IMG/VR virus record: IMGVR_UViG_3300009103_001934
Location: 64,001 to 128,000 of that record
Strand: one strand, 5' to 3'
DNA length: 64,000 nt
Origin: a virus
Of the stretch, positions 1 through 8,879 are shown piece after piece. A program made the translations under genes and the position numbers. Under the pieces are notes generated by a model. It was not told the DNA's origin, ran no database searches, and saw only the letters and a list, made by a program, of their open reading frames with translations. How positions within the stretch are numbered: position 1 is the stretch's first letter; every line of letters begins with the position of its first letter.

Positions 1-64
1 ACGAGATAACCAAGTCATAGAACTAGAGGAGCAAAAATATTGCTTCGCTTTACCTTGGTTTCCC

Positions 65-757
65 ATGTATGCCTATGGACACGTACATGACGCAACCCAA
101 TACCTTAAAGACTATGAGGATAACGGGCTCACAGGAAGCACTTTGCTAGTGCGTGCTGAAACTCCTCATATTTTTAACTTTTTTAGTGATCATCTTCATA
201 CGTTTGGCTTTAACTCTTTAAGGACGCTTCCACTAACAGATAAGGTGTTCTTTGTAAAAGAAATAACTTTTTCTAACCATGATGCCTTTCCTTCTCAAAT
301 AGATCCAGACAAATTAGAATGGCTTCGTGAAAAATATTATAAAAAATACAAACCAGAGGAGAAATTTTTTAACAAAAATCTTTTTCTAACTAGGCCTCGC
401 AGGGTAATGTTGAATGAGGACGAGATCTGGAACTACTTAAAAGATAAAAATTTTATCAAAGTAGACGGGTCGGAAGGGCTAGCTAGACATATTTCTTTAT
501 TTCACAAACCAAATTTGGTGATCGGGTGTCATGGAAGTCTATTCAGGAATTTATTATATAGCAATAGAGATAACGACTCGGTTTATTATGAGTACTGTAG
601 TAGAAACAGACCAGATCAAGCGCAGGTAATGCTTGCGAAAACCTGCGGGATAAAAAAGTATGAACAAATACTCGTAGATGCAGATAAAGAAGATAATATC
701 GCACCCAACTTAAAAAAAATTAAGAATATTGTAGAAAACACCTTTAAATTTTATTAA
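65..757 (+). CDS. Glycosyltransferase family 61 / DUF563-like protein
   Basis: ISLFHKPNLVIGCHGSLFRNLLY resembles the GT61 'vig.HGAgl.N..f' motif; may be 5'-truncated by the window. Confidence 0.55.
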   Translation: MYAYGHVHDATQYLKDYEDNGLTGSTLLVRAETPHIFNFFSDHLHTFGFNSLRTLPLTDKVFFVKEITFSNHDAFPSQIDPDKLEWLREKYYKKYKPEEKFFNKNLFLTRPRRVMLNEDEIWNYLKDKNFIKVDGSEGLARHISLFHKPNLVIGCHGSLFRNLLYSNRDNDSVYYEYCSRNRPDQAQVMLAKTCGIKKYEQILVDADKEDNIAPNLKKIKNIVENTFKFY

Positions 758-774
758 TAGCATGTTATAATTAA

Positions 775-1623
775 GTGATGAAGATAGGTATTGTTGGCAA
801 CGGTTACGTAGGGGGAGCAACCGCCCTATTAAAGAACAGAAATGTCGAGGTATTAGTATATGACATAGATGCCGAGAAATGTAGCCCGAAAGGGATAAGT
901 ATGGACGACATAGCGGGCTGTTCGTTTGTTTTTGTGTGCGTGCCTACACCCATGGATCAAGATGGAAAATGCAGTCTCGTTTTAGTGGAGGGAGTTATAG
1001 ATGATTTGGCTAGTCGCGGCTTTGATAAAGGCAGAGCAGTCATAAAGTCCACGGTTCCTGTCGGAACCTCCAGAAGACTGGGAACGATGTTCATGCCAGA
1101 ATTTTTAACGGAACAAAATTGGAAGCATGATTTTTTGTCGCAGAAAACTTGGATACTCGGGACAAATGAAAGAGACGACAAGATAAGAGACGAAATCTAT
1201 GCGATTTTTGACGCAGCTTGGCATGATGGAGTGTTAACGCATAGGCCGCACATGACTTTCTCTACAACAGAGGAAGCGGAGCTTACAAAATATGTTAGAA
1301 ATACTTTTTTGGCAACCAAGGTGGCGTTCTTTAATGAGATAGAGCACTTTTGCAGGACCGCTAACGTTAGTTACCGTAAGGTAAGAGAGCTTACATTATA
1401 CGATGATCGAATAGGGGACACGCATACCTCCGTGCCCGGACCGGACGGTAAGAGAGGGTTTGGGGGCACTTGTTTCCCCAAAGATATTTCATCGTTGCTG
1501 CACCAAATATTAGATAAAGGAATGGTGTCCTACGTATTAATGGCCGCAAGAAACAGAAATATTGATGTGGACAGGCAAGAAAAAGACTGGGAACGTGACA
1601 AAGGAAGAGCCGTAGTTGAATAA
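775..1623 (+). CDS. ugd: UDP-glucose/GDP-mannose 6-dehydrogenase family (short form)
   Basis: GNGYVG Rossmann, CVPTP, KSTVPVG, PEFL, GFGGTCFPKD; C-terminal UDP-binding domain absent. Confidence 0.85.
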   Translation: MMKIGIVGNGYVGGATALLKNRNVEVLVYDIDAEKCSPKGISMDDIAGCSFVFVCVPTPMDQDGKCSLVLVEGVIDDLASRGFDKGRAVIKSTVPVGTSRRLGTMFMPEFLTEQNWKHDFLSQKTWILGTNERDDKIRDEIYAIFDAAWHDGVLTHRPHMTFSTTEEAELTKYVRNTFLATKVAFFNEIEHFCRTANVSYRKVRELTLYDDRIGDTHTSVPGPDGKRGFGGTCFPKDISSLLHQILDKGMVSYVLMAARNRNIDVDRQEKDWERDKGRAVVE

Positions 1624-2713
1624 AAAGGACGGAAAAAAGTTAAAAGATTTTTACAAACGCTTAGAGCAGGAAGAAAAAACGTTTGTTGGGTATCCTGTAA
1701 ACTCGTCCTTTGATTATTCGGAGCTATTTGATTTTTTATCTATACCCTTAAATAACGTGGGGGATCCGTTTAGTTCTAGCTACTATGGACTAGACTCTAG
1801 AGATTTTGAAAAAGAAGTGCTAGACTGGTTTTCTAAATTATACAAAGCGCCCTCGGAAAATTATTGGGGATACGTAACTAACGGTGGGACGGAGGGTAAT
1901 TTGTATGGGCTTTATTTGGCCAGAGAATTGTATCCGAAGGGAGTAGTTTATTATTCTCAAGACACGCACTATAGCGTAAGCAAAAACATACGAGTGCTTA
2001 ACATGGAGCACGTTATGATAAAGTCTAGGCTTAATGGAGAAATGGACTACGAAGACTTGTCTAACATGATGTCGACTTGGAGGAGCGCGCCGCCAATAAT
2101 TTTTGCCAACGTGGGAACGACGATGAGAGAGGGGTTTGACAGTATATGTGAAATCAAAAAGGCGCTAAAGAAGCTGGCGATACCAGAATATTATATTCAT
2201 GTAGACGCAGCGTTAGGGGGCATGACTTTACCCTTCATAGATAATGCGCCGCCTTTTGATTTTACAACGGGAGTACAAAGCATGTCTATTAGCGGCCATA
2301 AGTTAATTGGTTCACCGATTCCTTGCGGTATAGTTTTAGCGCTAAAAAGTAATGTAGGCAGGGTTTCTAGAGCAGTTGAGTATGTTGGTTCACTGGACAG
2401 CACTATTAGCGGCTCACGTAATGGTTTTACCCCACTAGTGCTTTGGTATGCTATAAAAAAATATGGCTTTAATGGTTTTAAAAAGGTAGTCAGATACTGC
2501 GTAAGAACAGCGGATTATGCGACGCGAAAAATGAATGAGGCAGGAATAAAAGCTTGGAAAAATGATCATGCTATAACAGTGGTCTTTCCCAGACCTAAAG
2601 AAGAGATAGTAAAAAAGTGGAAGCTAGCCGTACAGGATGATATAGCTCACATTATTTGTATGCCCCAAGTTACGAGGCCCACAATCGATAAGATCATTAA
2701 AGACCTAAATTAA
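1616..2713 (+). CDS. hdc: PLP-dependent histidine (or serine) decarboxylase
   Basis: YVTNGGTEGN, HYSVSK, HVDAA, SISGHK (PLP lysine), TISGSRNG. Confidence 0.8.
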   Translation: MNKKDGKKLKDFYKRLEQEEKTFVGYPVNSSFDYSELFDFLSIPLNNVGDPFSSSYYGLDSRDFEKEVLDWFSKLYKAPSENYWGYVTNGGTEGNLYGLYLARELYPKGVVYYSQDTHYSVSKNIRVLNMEHVMIKSRLNGEMDYEDLSNMMSTWRSAPPIIFANVGTTMREGFDSICEIKKALKKLAIPEYYIHVDAALGGMTLPFIDNAPPFDFTTGVQSMSISGHKLIGSPIPCGIVLALKSNVGRVSRAVEYVGSLDSTISGSRNGFTPLVLWYAIKKYGFNGFKKVVRYCVRTADYATRKMNEAGIKAWKNDHAITVVFPRPKEEIVKKWKLAVQDDIAHIICMPQVTRPTIDKIIKDLN

Positions 2714-3436
2714 TTTAGTCCACCCAAATCTTACGTAGTCATTAGACCATTTGTATCTTGGAAAATCTTCCTCTCCCCGTTCAGCTTCGGTTTCTTGCGC
2801 GTGTTTTCGAATCAGCATATGATTGTGATGAGGGTCTCTGATTATGGGAGCGACACCGTCTTCATTAAGCTCTAGCGGGCTTTCCCCACCGAGTAGGACA
2901 TGTTTTTTAATATCAACAATCCTGCCCTCCTCGTTTCTCAACCAAAATAAGTGATCAGTATAACCATAGTGGCCCACCAAGTCCTCTTCGCATCCTCCAA
3001 TTTTCCAGTAATCTTCGGTTTTCATCATGCACACAGCGGGGTGTTCAAATCTGTGCGCGCAACTGTAGCTTTTAGATTTTAATCGCTTGTCTTTCTCTAT
3101 TAACTTTAGTAATTCTTTAGCTATGTTTCCATGGATAATCGTATCCATGTCCAATATCATTATGTATTCCGTTTCAGCTAGTCGAGCGCCAAGGTTTCTA
3201 CATCCACTTATATTGCAAACCAAATCATCTTCAACCCTGTAGAGAGACAGAGATAGCCCTTCTGTATCTTCTTCGTCTATTACAGGTTTCGCTGGGAGCT
3301 CCTTACTATGATCGTCTATAATTTGAAAATGAATTAAGTCCTTCACTTCTTGGGGATAATCTCTCCAAACTCCGAGGGTGTACTTTAAACAGTCAGCTTG
3401 ATTGTAGTATGATAATAGATATGTAATTTTTTTCAT
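2705..3436 (-). CDS. Glycosyltransferase family 2-like
   Basis: IIDDHS, CRNLG, ILDMD (DxD), GGCEE, YGYTD. Confidence 0.7.
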   Translation of the reverse strand: MKKITYLLSYYNQADCLKYTLGVWRDYPQEVKDLIHFQIIDDHSKELPAKPVIDEEDTEGLSLSLYRVEDDLVCNISGCRNLGARLAETEYIMILDMDTIIHGNIAKELLKLIEKDKRLKSKSYSCAHRFEHPAVCMMKTEDYWKIGGCEEDLVGHYGYTDHLFWLRNEEGRIVDIKKHVLLGGESPLELNEDGVAPIIRDPHHNHMLIRKHAQETEAERGEEDFPRYKWSNDYVRFGWTKLI

Positions 3437-3440
3437 GATT

Positions 3441-3995
3441 TTAAAAAATAACTAAAGCCTTAACGTCCTTGACGGGGAGTAGTCCATACCACGATACGGG
3501 TCTATTGTCGCCTATAATCCAGACGTACCCCTTGGGCACGGTTAACTCTGCTTCCTCTACGTTTCTAGTCACCTTTTCATTTGTGCCCCAAAAATATAAA
3601 TCATTATCATTTTCATCTACTAGTTGCATAGTAACTTTTCCCTTACCATAGGTGCCGCCTGCTTCTTTATCATTTACATAAATTAATCCCTCTTTAATTT
3701 TAATCCGATCTCCCGCCAAACCAATAACTCTTTTACTTAATTTTTCTTTTTCTTTTCGATCTAAAATTATAATAACGTCCCATCTAGAGGGCTCCCAATC
3801 TCTGCCCAAGTTCCTTACGTTCTGCACTATAACCATCTCTCCATCCATGTAAGTCGGCTCCATGCTCTCACCTACAGTATAAACAAAGCCATATTTGTAG
3901 CCAAAAAAGCAATACCATGAAAAAAGCATTAAAATTAATAAAATTGACGCACTACGAAGCTTACTTTTTGATAAGTATTCTTTAAGTTTTAACAT
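3441..3995 (-). CDS. lepB: Signal peptidase I
   Basis: N-terminal TM, GESMEPT (catalytic Ser), KRVIGLAGD (catalytic Lys), GDNR box. Confidence 0.9.
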   Translation of the reverse strand: MLKLKEYLSKSKLRSASILLILMLFSWYCFFGYKYGFVYTVGESMEPTYMDGEMVIVQNVRNLGRDWEPSRWDVIIILDRKEKEKLSKRVIGLAGDRIKIKEGLIYVNDKEAGGTYGKGKVTMQLVDENDNDLYFWGTNEKVTRNVEEAELTVPKGYVWIIGDNRPVSWYGLLPVKDVKALVIF

Positions 3996-4091
3996 GTTCT
4001 CAGGTATAATTATAGCACATTATACCAGAAAAGTGTATATAATATTAGACACATAATTAATTGAGCTCCTTCACAAGGGGCTATTTTTATC

Positions 4092-4358
4092 ATGAAAAAG
4101 AGAAGAACAAAGAAGAAGGCCCCCTCGCTAAGCTTGTGGGGTAAATTAAAATTGAAACTCAGCCACCTAAAAGAGTGGAGCTTGGAAAAGTGGGATTCCC
4201 TCTGGTTTAATTTAGGAGACGAAGAGCTACAATCAGGATTATTGTTAATTCTTTTTGGTATAGTTTTGCATTTTGGCTGTTTAGATTTCGAGTCGGCAGT
4301 TAAATGGCTAGCACTATTATGGGGCTCCAAAAAGGTGTGGGATGTAGTGAAGCATTAA
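4092..4358 (+). CDS. Small membrane protein
   Basis: Basic N-terminus and two hydrophobic segments. Confidence 0.55.
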   Translation: MKKRRTKKKAPSLSLWGKLKLKLSHLKEWSLEKWDSLWFNLGDEELQSGLLLILFGIVLHFGCLDFESAVKWLALLWGSKKVWDVVKH

Positions 4359-4430
4359 TCTCACAAACTTTTTTTTAAAAAGCGAGGCCTATTGGGTTTC
4401 GCTTATTTTTTTAGTGTAAACATATATAGT

Positions 4431-4721
4431 ATGGATACTCAACTTCTTGTGAATATTTTATTCGGCGTTCTTGTTACCGTTGCGGGCTGGCTTTTCAAGG
4501 TCATGTACAATCAGATAAGAGACATGGAGACAGAAGTTAACGACGTCGAAGACAAGCATGATTCGGACCATAGACTTGTCACAAAGCAGATTAATGATTT
4601 AGCTCTTTCCCTTCCCGAAAAGTATGTTAACAAAGAAGATTTTACTAATTTAGTTAAAGTTGTGCATCATAGATTTGATAGGCTCGAAGAAAAAATAGAC
4701 GAGTTAAAGTCGAATGGATAA
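4431..4721 (+). CDS. Membrane-anchored coiled-coil protein (holin/antiholin-like architecture)
   Basis: One N-terminal TM then a helical region; ATG at 4431 follows an AGTGTA motif. Confidence 0.55.
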   Translation: MDTQLLVNILFGVLVTVAGWLFKVMYNQIRDMETEVNDVEDKHDSDHRLVTKQINDLALSLPEKYVNKEDFTNLVKVVHHRFDRLEEKIDELKSNG

Positions 4722-4944
4722 AAAATTAACACATACTATACAATTCAACGGCTTGTTTGTGGAGGTATATGACAAAGATCCAACTGAAAATTTTTGGAAA
4801 GATAAAAAAATATATATTTACGATTGCCTAAGCGACCTTTCAGAAAAAGAAAGGGATAGTATAATTAATTACCTGTATGAAGAAGGGTTCGTTGATGATA
4901 GAAGAATAGAGTTTGAGGTTATTAGGGGTGAAGACTATTTCTAA
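4714..4944 (+). CDS. Hypothetical protein
   Basis: Coupled ORF with normal composition. Confidence 0.6.
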   Translation: MDKKLTHTIQFNGLFVEVYDKDPTENFWKDKKIYIYDCLSDLSEKERDSIINYLYEEGFVDDRRIEFEVIRGEDYF

Positions 4945-5260
4945 TAGATTTTATTTGCCCTAATAAATTTAGAGTATTTTCGCACCTAATGTGAGGCGTT
5001 TGAATCGTCATCGGATAATTATTTTTAGTATCAACCCTCACTCCCTCCACTCTCCATTCAGGAATGACGATGTCATCTATAAAATCAAACCACCCCTTTC
5101 TTTTCAGAAACTTCCAATAAATATCTACCATTTCTTGTTCTGATTCTAAAACTACGTCATAATCTAACTCTTTTTTAGCCATCATAGTAAGGAAACGAAA
5201 GTACAGCCCCTCTGAGGGAGGGTCGGAGCTTAGCTCTGCAGTAATAATCAAATTCATCAT
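4922..5260 (-). CDS. Hypothetical protein
   Basis: 112 aa ORF with AGTGTA motif upstream on the minus strand. Confidence 0.6.
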   Translation of the reverse strand: MMNLIITAELSSDPPSEGLYFRFLTMMAKKELDYDVVLESEQEMVDIYWKFLKRKGWFDFIDDIVIPEWRVEGVRVDTKNNYPMTIQTPHIRCENTLNLLGQIKSIRNSLHP

Positions 5261-5337
5261 AATAATTTACACTAAAAAGTAACTAAAAATTTAATTTGCT
5301 TGTCGTGCTATAGTATAATATATTTAATTAAAGAGTT

Positions 5338-6285
5338 ATGAAAACTTTATTCGCCACTATCCTCGGTCTCACCATCGCAACGTCATCGTTTGCGGCTGAG
5401 AAGAAACAGTCCACGGCAGAACATCTTCAGAACGTTTCTGTCACAATTAGATCCGAAGGCCAATTCTCTAATGGAGAAGGGTCGGGGGTAATCTTTAGTC
5501 GAAAAGATAAAGATGGTAATTTGGTGAATTTAGTATGGACCGCCGGTCATGTTATAGATAACTTAAGGTCTACTAGAAAGACGGTGATAAATGGTACATC
5601 GAAAACGATCGTAGAGTTTAAAGATCCGATGGTCGTAAAAGAAATCAGGCAAAACGGAAGGACCGTCGGTAGATTACAAATGGACGCAGAGGTGTTAAAA
5701 TACTCAGACGCCAAAGACGGACACGATCTCGCATTATTGCGCGTGAGAAAGTTAAATTTTGTTACAGATACGGTGGCCTTTTATCTTGATAAAGAGATTC
5801 CCCCGTTAGGCACAGACCTTTTACACGTTGGTTCGCTATTAGGGCAAATGGGAGCGAACAGTATGACTGATGGTATCTACTCTCAGCACGGTAGACTAAT
5901 TAAGTCATTAAATAAATTCGTGTTCGATCAGACAACTTGTACGGCGTTCCCCGGATCGAGTGGAGGTGGAGTATATTTAAAAAAAGACGCTAGATATGTA
6001 GGAATGTTGGTCCGTGGAGCGGGAGAGGGCTTTAATCTTATCGTGCCGGTGCGCAGGATGGTTGAGTACGCGGAAAAGCATAAAATTATGTGGGCATTAG
6101 ACAAAAATGTACCTATGCCTAGCGAAGATGATCTAAAAAAGATGCCTGTAGAACACGAACCGAAAGCGAAGAGCGATAAAGATGACGACACGGCAGACGA
6201 AAAAGCGGCGAAGAAAATGTTTCCATACATGCTTCGAGTAACTTACCCTAAGATCCTTATTTTACAGAAAAAGCCGCTAGATTAA
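5338..6285 (+). CDS. Secreted trypsin-like serine protease
   Basis: Signal peptide ending SFA-A; TAGHV (His), DLALL (Asp), PGSSGG (Ser). Confidence 0.85.
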   Translation: MKTLFATILGLTIATSSFAAEKKQSTAEHLQNVSVTIRSEGQFSNGEGSGVIFSRKDKDGNLVNLVWTAGHVIDNLRSTRKTVINGTSKTIVEFKDPMVVKEIRQNGRTVGRLQMDAEVLKYSDAKDGHDLALLRVRKLNFVTDTVAFYLDKEIPPLGTDLLHVGSLLGQMGANSMTDGIYSQHGRLIKSLNKFVFDQTTCTAFPGSSGGGVYLKKDARYVGMLVRGAGEGFNLIVPVRRMVEYAEKHKIMWALDKNVPMPSEDDLKKMPVEHEPKAKSDKDDDTADEKAAKKMFPYMLRVTYPKILILQKKPLD

Positions 6286-6411
6286 GCTATTCCAAGGACC
6301 GAGGGGTATGCCTTGTGGGGTGGAGCGAACGTGGCGGGATGTGTAACAACAACCCGCTGCGTTTTTTATTTTCTTAAACAGTTAATTAGTGTATATAATA
6401 ATGTAGCAAAA

Positions 6412-6804
6412 ATGAAAAAGAGACCTGAACCCATCGAAATAGATTTTACCGATCAGATTAAGGCCAAGAAAAAAGAGTCCACTGCTCGAGTGGATGAATT
6501 AATATCACAAAAGGACTTGGTTGAGACAATCGCCACAGATTTAAGCGCGATCAGGCAAGTAGTGGAAAATTACGGCGGAGAAATCAGCAAGTCTTCAGGC
6601 ATCATAAATAATTCTGATGAAGCTTCATTTATTGATAGCGTTAAAAAATATATTTTCACCTCCAAAGAAGAGGCAACGGAAATGGGCAGGTCAGTGGGAC
6701 TTATAAGTGCTCACGCATATAAAACTCACGATGGTGTAGTGTTGTTCATGCCCGGCCGTAACACCGGAGAGTTTTACGAGTGGTATTGGAAGTCTCATTC
6801 CTAA
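6412..6804 (+). CDS. Hypothetical protein
   Basis: ATG at 6412 after AGTGTATATAAT. Confidence 0.6.
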   Translation: MKKRPEPIEIDFTDQIKAKKKESTARVDELISQKDLVETIATDLSAIRQVVENYGGEISKSSGIINNSDEASFIDSVKKYIFTSKEEATEMGRSVGLISAHAYKTHDGVVLFMPGRNTGEFYEWYWKSHS

Positions 6805-6872
6805 TTTTTCCAAGTAAATAAAAAACGTAATTTTTTCCCGAAAGGACTCTTCATTTAAAAGTGGACGATATA

Positions 6873-6901
6873 TTGACATACATTAGGAAAACGTGTAATA
6901 T
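6873..6901 (+). promoter_or_regulatory. sigma70-type promoter of tmRNA
   Basis: TTGACA-N17-TAATAT, overlapping a GTGTA motif. Confidence 0.75.
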
Positions 6902-6909
6902 ATAAACAC

Positions 6910-7327
6910 GGGAGCGTACTGGATTCGATTTAGAACCTTACGCCAGATTGCAAGCAGAGGATAATGGTTGGCCTCTTTAAATATCCATTAACAACATATA
7001 TGCCAATAGTGATATTGACATGGAGTTCGCTCCTTCTTTAGCTGAAGCTGACGAGATTCTCGCCAAGTTCGGCTACGTGGAGGAAGAAGAGCTCCAGCTG
7101 GCAGCATAAGTTCTGCCCCGTCCTACTCTGGATGCTCGTTAAGGAGCTAGGGCGTCGACAGCGAGCAAAAAAACTAGGAAGGGTGAGGAGTCTAGGATAA
7201 ATAAAGTGCCTCCAACCTCGTGTGTAGTTGTCAGTGATGAAGCACGAAAAATAACACTGACTAAGCTTGTAGTACATTTGAGCCGATGGCTTTAAAGACG
7301 CGGGTTCGACTCCCGCCGCTTCCACCA
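6910..7327 (+). ncRNA. ssrA: tmRNA
   Basis: GGGAGCG pairs with CGCUUCC-ACCA, giving G3.U70; GGAUUCGA 5' motif; T-arm GCGGGUUCGACUCCCGC; tag ORF 7002-7109 ends in LAA*. Confidence 0.95.
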
Positions 7328-7333
7328 ATTAGC

Positions 7334-7918
7334 ATGAGAATCACAGAGAATCGAGATGAGTTTGTAAAATACGTTTCTGGTCTTTCACCTAAAGGTAGTG
7401 TCTGTGCAGAAATAGGGGTCCTTACAGGGAGTTTTTCTCTGAAAATATTTAAATACATTAAGCCAAGTAAATTATTTTTAATAGACCCGTGGGAAAAGGG
7501 GCGCGATAAAAACGGAGAGCCTACATACAAGGAGTTTGGAAACTTACCTACAGCTTATAGTACCCCAGAGCATCTTGATATAGTTAAGGCTGCTTTTTCA
7601 AAGGAGATTACAAATAAAACAGTTGTAATTAAAAAAGATTTTTCCTATAATGTCGTAGATTCTTTTCAGAATAACTTTTTTGATTTTATATATATTGATT
7701 CCTGTCATCTCTATGAATGCATAAAGTCGGATCTGAAAATATTTTTGCCTAAATTAAAAGAACAAGGCTTAATGTGCGGACATGACTACGCTAATAAGCT
7801 AGGATTTGGAGTGGTTAAAGCTGTGGATGAATTTATTTTAGAGAATAACTTCGAATGGGTCGCTAAGAGTAAAGAGAAGGACCCTGACTGGGCCCTAAGG
7901 CGTCGTAAGCGAACATGA
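7334..7918 (+). CDS. Class I SAM methyltransferase (Methyltransf_24-like)
   Basis: AEIGVLTG, LIDPW, DFIYIDS.H, GHDY. Confidence 0.85.
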   Translation: MRITENRDEFVKYVSGLSPKGSVCAEIGVLTGSFSLKIFKYIKPSKLFLIDPWEKGRDKNGEPTYKEFGNLPTAYSTPEHLDIVKAAFSKEITNKTVVIKKDFSYNVVDSFQNNFFDFIYIDSCHLYECIKSDLKIFLPKLKEQGLMCGHDYANKLGFGVVKAVDEFILENNFEWVAKSKEKDPDWALRRRKRT

Positions 7919-7979
7919 AGTGGAAGACAAAAGTCAAATTAATTGTTGACTTCCTGTTTTTCCCTGTTAAATTTTTTAT

Positions 7980-8879
7980 GTGAGTAAATGTTTAGTAACT
8001 GGAGGGTGCGGATTTATTGGCGGCCACATCGTTGATAAATTGGTAGATCTTAACCATGACGTCGTAGTTATTGATAATTATTCTGCTGAATGCAACGATA
8101 ATTTTCACCACAATACAAGAGCTTTATATAATAACGTAGACATAGGCGATTATGACAAGATTCGGCCACTTTTCGATGGGGTAGATTATGTTTTTCATTT
8201 GGCTGCGCAGGCTAGAATTATGGTCTGCTTAAATAAGCCACAAGAGGCCTGCAGAACTAATTTTGTTGGTACTTGTAACGTCCTAGAAGCTTCTAGGACG
8301 AATCAAGTTAAGAGGGTGGTATATTCCTCTACTTCTTCCGCTTATGGCCTCAAAAATGATCCTCCGCTCAAAGAAACCATGTCTAGGGACTGTTTAAACC
8401 CCTATTCTGTAAGCAAGGTAGCAGCGGAAGATCTATGTAAGATGTATAACTCTCTTTGGGACTTAGAAACAGTTATTTTCAGGTATTTTAATGTCTACGG
8501 AGAGCGTCAACCGACAAAGGGACAATATGCGCCAGTTATTGGACTCTTTCAAAGACAGAAGGAGGCGGGCGAATCTATGACCGTTGTGGGAGACGGACTA
8601 CAGAGAAGAGACTATACGCACGTTTCTGACGTGGCTGAAGCGAACCTTCGAGCAGCGCTTACGGACAATAAAGAAGCCTTGGGAGAAGTAATTAACGTAG
8701 GTACGGGAAAAAATCATAGCGTGTTGGACTTGGTTGAGTTAATAAAAGGAGACGTCGAATTCATACCTCAGAGACCGGGAGAAGCAAGAGAAACTCTAGC
8801 AGATATAAGTAAACTTAGAGACTTATTGGGCTATGAACCACAAGTTATACTAGAAGATTGGATTAAAGAAAATGAATAG
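7980..8879 (+). CDS. NAD-dependent nucleotide-sugar epimerase/dehydratase
   Basis: VTGGCGFIG, HLAAQ, YSVSK (YxxxK), RYFNVYG, RDYTHV. Confidence 0.9.
   Translation: MSKCLVTGGCGFIGGHIVDKLVDLNHDVVVIDNYSAECNDNFHHNTRALYNNVDIGDYDKIRPLFDGVDYVFHLAAQARIMVCLNKPQEACRTNFVGTCNVLEASRTNQVKRVVYSSTSSAYGLKNDPPLKETMSRDCLNPYSVSKVAAEDLCKMYNSLWDLETVIFRYFNVYGERQPTKGQYAPVIGLFQRQKEAGESMTVVGDGLQRRDYTHVSDVAEANLRAALTDNKEALGEVINVGTGKNHSVLDLVELIKGDVEFIPQRPGEARETLADISKLRDLLGYEPQVILEDWIKENE

Noticed and set aside
7038-7530. Minus-strand ORFs over the tmRNA and the extended N-terminus of 7286-7918
   Set aside because: They overlap the RNA gene; the methyltransferase starts at 7334.
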